Source of the DNA: Mytilus edulis
Lineage: Eukaryota
Reading direction: 5' to 3'
NCBI RefSeq assembly: GCF_963676685.1
Contig: NC_092347.1
Span: 82,460,001 to 82,524,000 of the forward strand
DNA: 64,000 bases
Position numbers and translations under genes: made by a program. This document shows, one piece after another, positions 27,192-37,629 of this stretch. The stretch's first letter is position 1, and each line of letters opens with the position of its first letter. The notes beneath the pieces are model-generated. The model saw only the letters and a program-made list of their open reading frames with translations. It did not search any database and had not been told where the DNA came from.

Positions 27192-28325
27192 TCTCAACTC
27201 ATAATCACTATCCAGGATCTAACCAAAACAGTTGATAACACCGGACAAACAGATGTCATCCTCCTGGACTTCTCCAAGGCTTTCGACAAGGTTCCACATA
27301 AGCGACTTATGCATAAACTACATCACTACGGAATACGGGGCAGTCTCCATAGCTGGATTGAAGACTTTCTAAACGAAAGAACACAACATGTCGTTCTCGA
27401 AAACGGTAAATCCAATACTGCACCTGTCCAATCAGGAGTTCCTCAGGGCAGTGTCCTCGGGCCCATCCTTTTTCTACTTTATATTAACGACCTTCCAGAT
27501 TACACATCATCAGTCAGACTCTTTGCCGATGACTGCGTCTTGTACAGGGAAATAAAAAACACCAAAGATGCAGAACTACTACAAGAAGATCTGGAAACCC
27601 TACAAGAATGGGAGAATGATTGGCTCATAGAATTTCATCCCAAAAAGTGCCAAGTCATCCACATTACCAACAAGAGGAAACCAATTAGACAGCCATATAT
27701 CATCCATGGTCATGTCTTAGAGGAAGTAGAATGTGCAAAATATCTGGGGGCCAACATCCACCACAAACTAAACTGGACTACTCACATAGACCAAGTAGTA
27801 AGAAAAGCCAACAACACCAGGGCTTTTCTACAGAGAAATATATCCCAATGCCCCCGAAAGAACAAGGAACTCTGCTACAAGACCCTTGTGAGACCACAGA
27901 TGGAGTATGCAAGCATCATTTGGGATCCACACACAGCAAACAATATCCACAACCTGGAAATGGTACAACGTAGGGCAGCAAGATTTGTTACTGGTGACTT
28001 CCACCGAACCACTAGTGTAACAAACCTATTACACCAGCTGCAACGGCCAACCCTACAAGAGCGTAGAGCTACGAGCAAAGTCATAATGATGTACCGCATA
28101 GTTAACCACCTGGTTGCAATACCAACATCTTGCTTAATCCCAACAGCAGCAACATTAAGAGGACACAACCAACGATTCCTTGTTCCATTCGCAAGAACGC
28201 AGCTATACCAGTACTCGTTCTTCCTAGACGCCATCAGATTATGGAACAGTCTGCCACCAACTACTGTAGCCTGCAACTCAATTGACACATTCAAGTGTGA
28301 GTTGCAGAAGACCAAGATGTATTAA
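27192..28325 (+). CDS. LINE ORF2 reverse transcriptase, C-terminal part (uninterrupted, 5'-truncated)
   Basis: LDFSKAFDKVPH, SGVPQGSVLGP, LFADD, KYLG, YKTLVRPQMEY and VQRRAARF motifs; frame open from 27192. Confidence 0.92.
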   Translation, partial: SQLIITIQDLTKTVDNTGQTDVILLDFSKAFDKVPHKRLMHKLHHYGIRGSLHSWIEDFLNERTQHVVLENGKSNTAPVQSGVPQGSVLGPILFLLYINDLPDYTSSVRLFADDCVLYREIKNTKDAELLQEDLETLQEWENDWLIEFHPKKCQVIHITNKRKPIRQPYIIHGHVLEEVECAKYLGANIHHKLNWTTHIDQVVRKANNTRAFLQRNISQCPRKNKELCYKTLVRPQMEYASIIWDPHTANNIHNLEMVQRRAARFVTGDFHRTTSVTNLLHQLQRPTLQERRATSKVIMMYRIVNHLVAIPTSCLIPTAATLRGHNQRFLVPFARTQLYQYSFFLDAIRLWNSLPPTTVACNSIDTFKCELQKTKMY

Positions 28326-28460
28326 GGACTGTGAGAAATTTTTAACTGTACATACTATTTTTTAACTGCACTGTAAATATTGGTTTGTCTGCACCACGCA
28401 TCAGTTCGATAATACACCAGATGGTGGTATGAACTGTATATGGAAGAAGAAGAAGAAGAA
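27192..28460 (+). mobile_element. 5'-truncated non-LTR retrotransposon (CR1/L2-group LINE) with (GAA)n tail
   Basis: Open RT frame, short 3' UTR and (GAA)6 tail at 28443-28460; higher GC than flanks; inserted in the Kolobok right TIR. Confidence 0.9.
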
Positions 28461-29111
28461 TTTTTTTTGAAAATTTAGTGTTCACCCCAAAAACCGGTTT
28501 GGCCACAACATAAAAATTTCAAGTTTCTTTACAATATTCACAGTGTGTATATGTTAAGTATGTTTAAATGAACTTATAATGTTCCCATAGTTAAGCACTT
28601 TATTCATTTTAGGTTGAAAAATACTGGCAATGTTTAGATGTTTCTGTAGTGTCCAATATTTTGACTTTAGTGGAACCTTAACTTAGGGACTTTCCGTAAT
28701 TTTCCTTGGAGTTCAGTATTTTTTGGATTTTACTTTTTATGATATATCTCATACTGTACGTCAAAGGTATCCTAAGATAATCTTAACACATATGTCCTAT
28801 CGTAGTCCTTACCACCGACCTTCAAAAGTAAAAATGACTATCCTTGTCAATTAAGATTGAAGTCAAGTGCACCCTGACGAGCGGGGTTCAAACTCACAAC
28901 CTCAGCGTTGACGGGCTAGTGATTACAGTAGTAACTACTTCGATACATAATGAACATCTGCATTTATTAGCTAAAAACTCCCTGTTGTATAAAAACGTAA
29001 CCATCACTTGCAACGATACAGGAAAAGCACGGGATATCATTGTTGGTCTACAAAGATTATTTATCAATAAACAAGATAAACGATACTCGCGTGCCATATA
29101 ATGTCAAAGTT

Positions 29112-29267
29112 AATATAATTTCAATCGTTTGAATTTATGAATTAGTATGAAATTATTTTCTTCTGAATTGTCTGCCCATAGGTGGCGTTTTTAGGTTATG
29201 TGTTTCATCTGATTTGGCGGTTAAATCATTCGGCACGACAGGGTCCACTCGATCGGTCACGTTTATT
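29112..29267 (+). repeat. Split direct repeat A1
   Basis: Identical by eye to 42833-42988. Confidence 0.95.
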
Positions 29268-29311
29268 GTTCTAGTTGTGTTTTGTCGATTTAAGTACATT
29301 CGAATTTAATC

Positions 29312-29692
29312 ATGGATACTGAAGGTGAGCCAGATATTTCGTTGAGAACTGTCTTAACAGCTGTAAACCAACAGAGTAAAGATATCGAGGCAATTATTGA
29401 CGCCAAAGTTACGGAGAAAATTGGTGGATTAAGAGAAGAGTTGCAAGGGGCCAATCAGTTAATGAAATCCCAGGTCAAGAAACTTAAAACAGACGCTTCC
29501 TATAAATGGAAATACGAAGGTAATAAGATTCAATTTGACTTCAATACTGAAAATCTCGAGGATCTTGTTCAGACTTTGTGGGCTATAGACAATGGGAAGG
29601 TAGATTACGCACGAGATTTGTTATCAGCTACCGTAGATAAAATCAAGCATCGTAACAAGCTGATCAAAATTGCTGACACTTCCGAGGGAGGT
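29312..29692 (+). pseudogene. DIRS gag-like ORF1, 5' part (127 codons), interrupted by Merlin
   Basis: WKYEGNKIQFDFN and RNKLIKIADTSEGG; continues in frame at 39064 as WDTARQY. Confidence 0.9.
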
Positions 29693-29711
29693 GGATCAAG
29701 TATAGAATACG

Positions 29712-30040
29712 TGATTGTAGTACCATCGGACTTATATTTAAGTCAAATGAAGTAAATCGGTTCTTATACAAATTACATAATTGTAGTACCATAGGACTTA
29801 TTTTTAAGTCAAATGAAGTAAATCGGTTTTTATACAAGTTAAATTATTTTCCAGGTTTATTATTTGAAGATTGTAGTTATGTTTAATCGCCATATTAAGT
29901 TGGGATCGACAGGTCGACAGGTCGACAGGCCGACAGGTCGACAGGTCGACAGGCCGACAGGCCGACAGGTCGACAGGCCGACAGGTCTATAGGTCGACAG
30001 CGACATGTCAACAATTAGCTTGATTGACAGTCCGACAAGT
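29712..30040. repeat. Merlin left subterminal repeats: ~62-bp tandem pair and (CGACAGGT/C)n array
   Basis: attgtagtaccat.ggactta... occurs twice; 8-mer array at ~29907-30007. Confidence 0.85.
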
Positions 30041-30301
30041 CGAAAATGTAGCTATTTCTTTTTTTATAATTGTTAAAAGTTTAGGCAAACGGTTCTACAG
30101 ATAAAAAAACATAAGCATCAACACATCCAATAACAGTATAAGCTATATATAGTTTTTCATCTAATATATAAAAGAAGTGATTGTATATTTTATTTGAGAG
30201 GAAAAATTAAATTTCAACAAAACAAAACTCGTCAATTACTATTTCTTTAAGTTTACAGTGGCGCTTTTTAATCCATTTTAGTTCATCTTTTATTGGCCGT
30301 T

Positions 30302-30973
30302 TCATTTTTTTTCATTAAAGATTGCAATGTCCTTTAAAAATTTATGGAAAACGTCTCCATTTGAAAACCCGTATCTGTATCTGTAGCAAAATTCATTTAA
30401 TATGTCACCGATTCTTTCATGTCTCACTCCTTTCATTGATTTGATTTTAAGTTTTGCAAGCCCCCATATGCCTTCAATTTCATTTGTGCAGGTTCCATCT
30501 TGTGCTTTAAATTCTTTACTGTGGTTTACAGTTTTATGCACAAATCCTTCCTTTTCCAATGTGTTATACGCCGCCCAACAATCAGAGTTAATGTGTGCTC
30601 CTTCGGCAACATTTTCCTGAATAATTGGTAACAAGGTCTTACGATCTCTTTTTTCCACTATTTGCAAAATCACTTTCCTTGACCCCTTCTCCACCATTCC
30701 AAAAACCCAGGTATCTTGTTTTCCTGTACCTCTGTGATATTTTCTTTTTTTTCCAAAGAGACTTTCGTCGATTTCAATCAAATGTTCACTGTTTGATCCC
30801 AATAAGACTGGATCATTTGTTAACGATTCCTTACATACTATCCGGAACTGGTCATACCATTCAATAACACTGACATGACTGATATCGGAAAGTTTTTCCA
30901 CTTCGTAAATTTGAAGATCTATTCCAAAGTAGTAAACTAGTTCCATCAGTTTTCGTAGTGGCAGTTTGGACTT
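30302..30973 (-). CDS. Merlin transposase exon 2 (DDE_Tnp_IS1595/ISXO2 catalytic domain, 223 aa)
   Basis: EIDESLFGKKRKYHRG, WVFGMVE, RDRKTLLPII, SDCWAAY, VNHS, TNEIEGIW, LNEFCYR; cag acceptor at 30976-30974 in phase 0. Confidence 0.95.
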   Translation of the reverse strand, partial: KSKLPLRKLMELVYYFGIDLQIYEVEKLSDISHVSVIEWYDQFRIVCKESLTNDPVLLGSNSEHLIEIDESLFGKKRKYHRGTGKQDTWVFGMVEKGSRKVILQIVEKRDRKTLLPIIQENVAEGAHINSDCWAAYNTLEKEGFVHKTVNHSKEFKAQDGTCTNEIEGIWGLAKLKIKSMKGVRHERIGDILNEFCYRYRYGFSNGDVFHKFLKDIAIFNEKK

Positions 30974-31558
30974 CTGAGGGAAAAAAAGAACATGAAAGTG
31001 TGATATTTTTTTAAACTTTGCTGTGTATAACAATTCCCAAATAAAAACATAAGAAATACTGTTACATGAATATGCATTTACTTAATTTTTACATACTGGT
31101 TAACACACTGAATAGCGATGATTACACTGACCATTATGTTTATATCACACAACAAAACGCATAAACAGACTACATGTAAATTTTATTTCACAACCGGTAT
31201 TCAAACCTGACATGCTACTGTTGTATTAGCCTATACATACTGTTAAATAGCGCCAAATAAACTTTTTAGAATATTGCAATCAATATCAAAACTTAAAAAC
31301 TAAACGCCAATTTTAATGGATGGATTATGATAATCTATCTATTTTCGGTTTACTATATTTGGCAAACTATCCACAATGACCGGGTGATGCCCGTCCGTAT
31401 CTTATGTCCCATACTCACTGTACATATAATCAGTTATGTTAACCACAACAAATCCCTTGGAAGATGATTTATTTTTTTATATCAACAACAGATGTAGATA
31501 TGATTGGTTCAATATCCATTAACAATAATTAAATTTTGATAATAATCTTTTTATTTAC

Positions 31559-31696
31559 CTCAAAAATACTACTCCTCCTTATGGAGCTGGTTAACAGGCA
31601 TGCTGGGCATTTCCATTGTAAAGAATCTGAAATGTCTTTCCGTTTACACAAATTCATATCTGAAGCACAATGTGTGCAGGTCATTTCTTTCTTTAA
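31559..31696 (-). CDS. Merlin transposase exon 1, 3' part (Zn ribbon CTHC...WKCPAC...SIRRSSIFE)
   Basis: GAG|gtaaat phase-0 donor gives SIFE-KSKLPL; begins at the TTAA target of the piggyBac-like insertion. Confidence 0.9.
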
Positions 31697-33886
31697 CGAG
31701 TTCTGTGCCACAGGGCCGATTATCGGCCCAAAGTCATACTCCTTTCAGTGCCAAAGGGCCGATTCATCGGCCGATTGTAATGATGTTATGAACTACGTAA
31801 TGTACTATGACGTCGCCGTTTATGTGATAAATTTAATTCCGCCGTGTTGAAACATTCGCGCGTTTTTTACCAAGATTACAAAATATGAAAGGGGAGCTTT
31901 TTTATGAAATTTAGGAAAATAAAATTATGTAAGGATGTATTTATAAATATGTATATAATATTTAAAACTATAGCGTCTCAAATCCACTCTTTTTTCCCGA
32001 CGCTATTGCAGTAGTCATTTAGTGTAGGCCGTTTAGTATATTTATGTTTTATTTACTTTCCTAAACGTGTTAAAGTTTGCAAAAATTCAAAGAACATAAT
32101 ACAAATAAAATTGTACCAACATAAAATATAGAAGATAGAAGTTACTCAAATACCCTTAACAACGAACAGATTAGAAAACGTGCAAAAAAAAAAAAAACCA
32201 AAAAGTACGCAAAAAGTGCACTACACAATAATGACGTAATTAATCTAATGACGTGATTCGTTAACGCATCCGTCGGATTATGGCTAATCCTTATCCGTGG
32301 TTATTCAGTTTATCCTCCTGAGTGAGATCTCACACAAAATTTAACCAGAATCTAGGACATATAAAAGAATACTGCAGAGAAATTTCAAAACCATTGCCTA
32401 TTTCATGCTGATTTCCCCAATTCATTCGACGAAGAAGTTTGTCTTGATAACATACAGTTATGCCCATGTTTCATTAAAACGACATCAGAGAATTTTGATG
32501 CATTGTTTTTGCTGTGTTTAATTTTTCTAGGCTTTATACGGCATACGTTTATAGAAATTTCAAAGTAAAAACACTTAAAACATGAATAATAAATCAATCA
32601 TTATGGGCTGTATACAAGAGATACAAGGAAAGTATTTAATATTGTATTTATCGTGTAAAAATGCCGGATTGTGCCGGCCAAATTAATATTCCAGGTCAAC
32701 ATGACTCTTTTAATTGATACATATGTAACATGTTTCTTAGTAAAATACATGTTCGTTGATCGATGCATGTCTGTACTCATTTATTATTCGTCCCTTCTTC
32801 CAAATAAGAGAAAGAAAAACCACGCACAACCTTAGAACTTTGTGAACAATTAAAAATTCTAAATTACAATTACAGTGACTTATTTTTGTACGGTTGTCAA
32901 GAATTAATGAACACATTATTTTTTATATTAAGATACGATAGAAATTTCCTATTAAAAGAACTCTGACAATGTTAGATCAGGTCTTCATTTTATACAATTA
33001 ATTAACGGTTTTTTTCATGACATTTCGGAAGATCATATAATAAGAACCAAAAAAGGGTGGAAAATTGCCGGTCGAAAAGAAGAGATTGTTCTGTATTATC
33101 TGTACGGAATGTCCTGTTGAAAGGAAAAGACTGAAACATGTATATGCATGTGTGCTCTCTGTCGTAAAGTTGTTCATAAATCATGTAATAAATAGAAGAA
33201 ACACAGCAGACGATGTAACTCTGACGAAAAAAATATCTTTCTTGAGAAATGTTTATATGAATCTTCAATTTTGTATCTCAAGCTCATATAATGAAGTTGT
33301 TCACAAAGAATAATCCCAAACTTTCTTTGATTTATATATAATGACAAATTAATTTGCATTATCTGTTTTCGTATAATACCGAATTTTGACCCTGGAGGTA
33401 TATGATTTAAAAGCCAGGTTTGCTTCTCCGGGAAGGGCATTTGATTTTCTGGTACAGTTGGAGACAGTCAACTGAAAGAAGTAAAGTCAAACTTACAATC
33501 GGTGCAATTATTGTTTCATGGACACATAAAAATAGTTATCCCTACTCAAGGCCCATACCAAAAAATATAGTTTACCTTATTAAGTTGCCCTTTCTAGGAC
33601 CAAGGATTCTTACTATACAAATCCTTGCTAGAACCGGAACCAGAATATCTTATAAAACGTGACTTGTCTAAATATCTAAACTCCGGAATCCAAAATCGGT
33701 AATATATGAAAGAAAATAGACTTTTATTAGAAAAGGTTTAATATTCCCGCCATTTTCAGTTAAAATCTTTTTGGCGCTATTATACTTGTACTATGACGTC
33801 GCCGTTTTTGCGTAATCGTAAAGACAATCAAAAAAAGCATTGGCACTGACGGGGTTTCTTTGAAAATTTATTTGGCAGTGAAAGGG
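31697..33886. mobile_element. piggyBac-like non-autonomous element (2190 bp) inserted in Merlin transposase exon 1
   Basis: TTAA at 31693-31696 and 33887-33890; right end TTTGGCAGTGAAAGGG|TTAA, left end TTAA|CGAGTTCTGTGCCACA (10/16 match) with an internal better copy CCTTTCAGTGCCAAA at 31741; removal gives in-frame DNGL-LKKEMTC. Confidence 0.85.
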
Positions 33887-33890
33887 TTAA

Positions 33891-34001
33891 TAATCCATTA
33901 TCCATCATATAAGGTACTATTGATTCTTGGCTAGAGACTACAGCATACCAATTTATTGCCTTTGGTGCTCGATCTAGTAACGGAATTCCTAAGTTTTCCA
34001 T
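33891..34001 (-). CDS. Merlin transposase exon 1, 5' part (MENLGIPLLDRAPKAINWYAVVSSQESIVPYMMDNGL)
   Basis: ATG at 34001; 37 codons that join 31696 in frame; reconstructed protein 306 aa. Confidence 0.85.
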
Positions 34002-34182
34002 TTTCTTTTTCTATACTAATTTTTAACACAAACTACGTGCACACAAATCAGAAAACTGACTATAAAGGATTTCTCCCAAACAACTTTATGACGTTAAAAA
34101 AAAAGGGAAAATATTCAACAGATTTTCGCGAAACTACATTATGACGTTACGTTATCGCTGTTTTGCTTTGAGACTGCTGAAG
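34002..34182. promoter_or_regulatory. Putative bidirectional promoter between the transposase and ATPase genes
   Basis: 181 bp between divergent ATGs; palindrome TTTCGCGAAA (34124-34133, E2F-like), TGACGT CRE-like sites at ~34089 and 34142, CACGT-type motif near 34035. Confidence 0.55.
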
Positions 34183-35074
34183 ATGGCTGCGGCTTTTAAA
34201 AAGTTCAGAAGCGAGGATATTTTATCCCTTTACAAATCCGCTTACAATACTAAAATTCCTTGGAAAGAAGTATTTGAAGAGGAAACAGAGAATTATTTTT
34301 CTATATTTGAAAAAGCTACAAATTGCTCCCGAAGCCTAGTTTTGTCCAGTGTTTTATCACTAACCTCTACTTTGTGTGGTCCAAATACGAAGGTTACAGT
34401 TGGAGACAACTCATATTCTACCGTGTTAAACCAGTATATCGTTGCAGTATGTGCACCCGGTGGAGGAAAAACCAATACATATTACAAAGTCATTGATCCC
34501 GTGGTGGAAAAAATAAAAGAAAAACATGGAATTGCAATTCAATTGGAGGCTTACACGACAGCAGGTCTCCAGAAACACCAATTAAATAACCAAGGGTATG
34601 GTATCATCACGTGTGATGAAGGACACAGGTTTTTGTCATCTGTAAATGTAAAACAATCGAAGGGTGAAGGCGAGAGATCTCTTTTGTGTAAGATGTGGGG
34701 AGGAAAAGGAGACTCCAGCATCCTAGTAACAGGAACAAGAGGTTTTTCCAAAACATCAATGTCCTGCTGTCTATTTATTCAACCTCAACCATTACTTTCA
34801 GAGTTATGTCAACTTGGTGGAGATGATGGTTTAATGGATCGGTTTCTGTTTTGCGTTGCCAAACCAGTCTTTAATACCACGGCAATTACTAAAGCAAATG
34901 TACCACTATTACGAGACACCAAATTGCAAAGTTTTGAAAATGTCATGAACAACATTTACGAGGAACACTTAGCAGGGAAGCACTACAAGTTGTCCGCAGA
35001 TGCCGAGAGTGTGTTTGATGGTTTGATTGACTCATATTCAGACTACATGAATGCCAAATATGGATCTGACCACG
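34183..35074 (+). CDS. DUF3987/YfjI-like P-loop ATPase, exon 1 (alternative in-frame ATG at 34141)
   Basis: Walker A APGGGKT (34453-34473), Walker B IITCDE (34603-34620), LFIQP, DGLMDRFLF arginine-finger-like motif; CACG|gtaagt phase-1 donor. Confidence 0.85.
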
Positions 35075-35646
35075 GTAAGTAAACAATATAGTCATGAAAA
35101 GAAAGTGAACCGGGGTTAAATTTTCAATATTAATGTCAATATCTTTGTTCAAGATAGCAATATTATATTTATTACAATAGTCAAGAATAAAGTATTTTAC
35201 ATCTGCACCCCCCCTCCATCCCCACCTCCTCCAATGTACACAGAATTTTGAAAAAAAGTTGAAATGTATGAAACCACTGTTTAAGGAAGCGAACCCACTT
35301 TTAATTATTGTATCCGCCCATTCACATTTTTAAAAAGGAGTCTTGATTAAGTCGCAGCATTCAATCACATAGGCAATGATATAATCCATTCTAGTTTTTT
35401 ATTGTTAATCAACCGGTTTTAAACTATTACACAAACATTTTCAATTCATACCAGAATTTTAATTTATTAATCGTTTACATAACTATTGTGGCAGCTTATA
35501 TTTGCTTATAACGTAATAAATGTGCATAACAATATAATCTTAAACACAAAACTTATTTTTATTTTTATATTTTTTCAACATTTATTTAAGTTTGCTCATT
35601 TAAATTTCAAACATAATTTACATTATTCTTTTCGTTGTATTTGCAG

Positions 35647-35894
35647 AGGAAGACAAAGAGAATGAAACTCCTAATCTTAACATATCACTAGATGATAGTG
35701 AAATGATGACAAGTAAAGACACCATTCATATTCTTCGTCTTGCTGCCGTTCTGCATGTATTCCAACACAGTTTCAGTTGTGGATTAAATGATGGGTGCTA
35801 CACACCGACACCATTAGAAATAACCAAATCTAGATTAAAACAAGCAATGGTCTTGTATAATTCATTATCTCAACAAAAATCACTGTTTGTTCAG
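35647..35894 (+). CDS. DUF3987-like ATPase, exon 2
   Basis: ttgcag acceptor, CAG|gttagt donor; phase 1 to 0; SKDTIHILRLAAVLHV and EITKSRLKQA resemble the K....R.A..LH / I......A helices of DUF3987 proteins. Confidence 0.85.
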
Positions 35895-36259
35895 GTTAGT
35901 CAAATCATCCTTAGTCTTAGTAATAACATATCAATGGTCTATGATCACACCTAGCATTTTGTGCATTAATATCAAATTGTAATATCAATTTGAATTTGAT
36001 TATTTAATAAAACATTTCTTCAATTTAGATGACACGCAAATCTTAATACGGAACTGTACCAAAATTATATTAAATTCTTGATAACAAATTATTAAGCCAA
36101 ACCAACGGCAAATTTAAAATCAATTAAATCTATTTGCGAAATAATTATCGCTATATTATAACAGCTCTTTTCAATTAATTTTTTTTTATTAATTTTATGT
36201 AGAATACAAAACATCAAATAAAAAGCTTAAATATTAAGTAAATTAAAACTTTATTACAG

Positions 36260-36422
36260 GCTATTGCTTCATGTGATCGGGACACACCAGCTCTTCATTT
36301 AAAACCAGTGGCAACTTTTAGGGACAGAGTCGCCAAGGCCATGTGCAAATCGTGTGGACCATTTGTTACAATACGACAATTACAAAAACGTCTAAAACGT
36401 TCACTTGCCGAGAACATCAAAA
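36260..36422 (+). CDS. DUF3987-like ATPase, exon 3 (AIASCDRD...GPFVTIRQLQKRLKRSLAENIK)
   Basis: ttacag acceptor, gtaagt donor; 163 bp, phase 0 to 1, no stop; not in the ORF track. Confidence 0.8.
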
Positions 36423-36950
36423 GTAAGTTTCCGTAATTATTAATAATTGTTTAAAATAGTTTCCCTATTGTCAAACAAGTTGTTTCATTGGTAACCCATA
36501 CTGAATACACATCAGCTCCTTCCAATGACGCAAATATACTTAAATACAAGGTAAAATATGCATGTTCACAAGAGAACGCTCCAAAATGTATATTTGTTCA
36601 TGGTATAATTTACGAAATGATGTACGTTTGATACAAAAACTCAATTATTAAACATCTTTTAATGTATTTTTGCGTGGGTTAATGATTGTGGGTTGGGGTT
36701 GGGGTTTTTATAAATATCAACATGTGCGTCACTCAGTATGTCCTTATACTTTGAAAGCACAGATGCTCCTTAAAGACACAAAATTTATGCAATTATAGTA
36801 CATCACCTAGTCATGAGCTTAAAAACAATCAAATAATCAATAGAACATGATTCTCATACTACATACAATAAATTTTACGCATGTCTTTTATCATAATTCT
36901 TCTAATATTTTTATATTACACATTTTAATTATACGCATTATACTTTTTAG

Positions 36951-37216
36951 TTGAACTTGAAATGTTGCAACAAAATGGATTCGGCACATTAAAGACACTC
37001 AAAACCCGCCATGGAAAGCGTAACTTTTTCTTCAAAATACCAGGCAATTGCATCGATATGGAAATTGGTGCACATTCTACAATCATCAAATCGGTGGGAA
37101 TTAATATTGACACATATGAGTCAACATTCAACGACTTATCAACTCTTACTGATGAAGAAAAAAACTTTACTATTCAACATCATCCACATGCAGAGGGAAT
37201 CGAAGGACTGTGGTGA
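36951..37216 (+). CDS. DUF3987-like ATPase, exon 4 (winged-helix-like ELEMLQQNGFGTL...FFFK, stop at 37214-37216)
   Basis: tttttag acceptor in phase 1; total CDS 892+248+163+266 = 1569 nt = 522 aa + stop; AATAAA at ~37481 and 37490. Confidence 0.8.
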
Positions 37217-37629
37217 ATTTATTTGATGACCAAACACACGCATTTTGAAACTAATTGTAATCAATTTAGTATCATTTTTCAAGAAAACATAATTCTCATT
37301 ATATTTGTTTCATATCTCATCTCAACTGAAAACTTTTATTCCTTTAATTTTGTTTTTTCAAACAATCAAAGCGTTCATGGACTGCTAAGTGGTTATGGAT
37401 GAAATAACATTAAACATTTTCATTAGATAAATACATGTACAATTATAATTTTGAGGCTTTACAACGAATACAGTTCTGTGAATAAAATTAATAAAATTTA
37501 TCATGCGAAAGCACATATAATTCAGTGGTTTTAATTTAGTTTAATAGAAAAGTGAAAAGCAATGGTGACTGTTTAAAAAAGAAACTAACACCCATCAAGC
37601 AGTAACACAATACGATACAGTTCAATTGC

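Larger units (their letters stand above)
24808..28677. mobile_element. Kolobok-like non-autonomous DNA transposon with long TIRs; hosts a retrozyme and a LINE
   Basis: TTAA at 24804-24807 and 28678-28681; ends GGTTCCACTAAAGTCAA / TTGACTTTAGTGGAACC; inverted homology 25127-25320 vs 28467-28660 and 25355-25402 vs 27139-27187; it splits a repeat that is intact near 52880-52950. Confidence 0.8.

Noticed and set aside
27731-28315. Overlapping and antisense ORFs in the LINE (likewise those within the Merlin and DIRS genes)
   Set aside because: Shadow frames of genuine coding sequence.
28946-29111. Possible degenerate coding sequence at the DIRS insertion site, continuing at 43258
   Set aside because: The joined frame has stops and no recognisable motif.
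29693-29755. C-terminus of ORF 29312-29755 and N-terminus of ORF 39019-39429 as real protein
   Set aside because: Both are read-through into Merlin termini; the real gag is the joined frame.
30974-31033. N-terminus MLYTAKFKK... of ORF 30302-31033 as the transposase start
   Set aside because: Intronic; the acceptor at 30974 joins the Zn-ribbon exon in frame.
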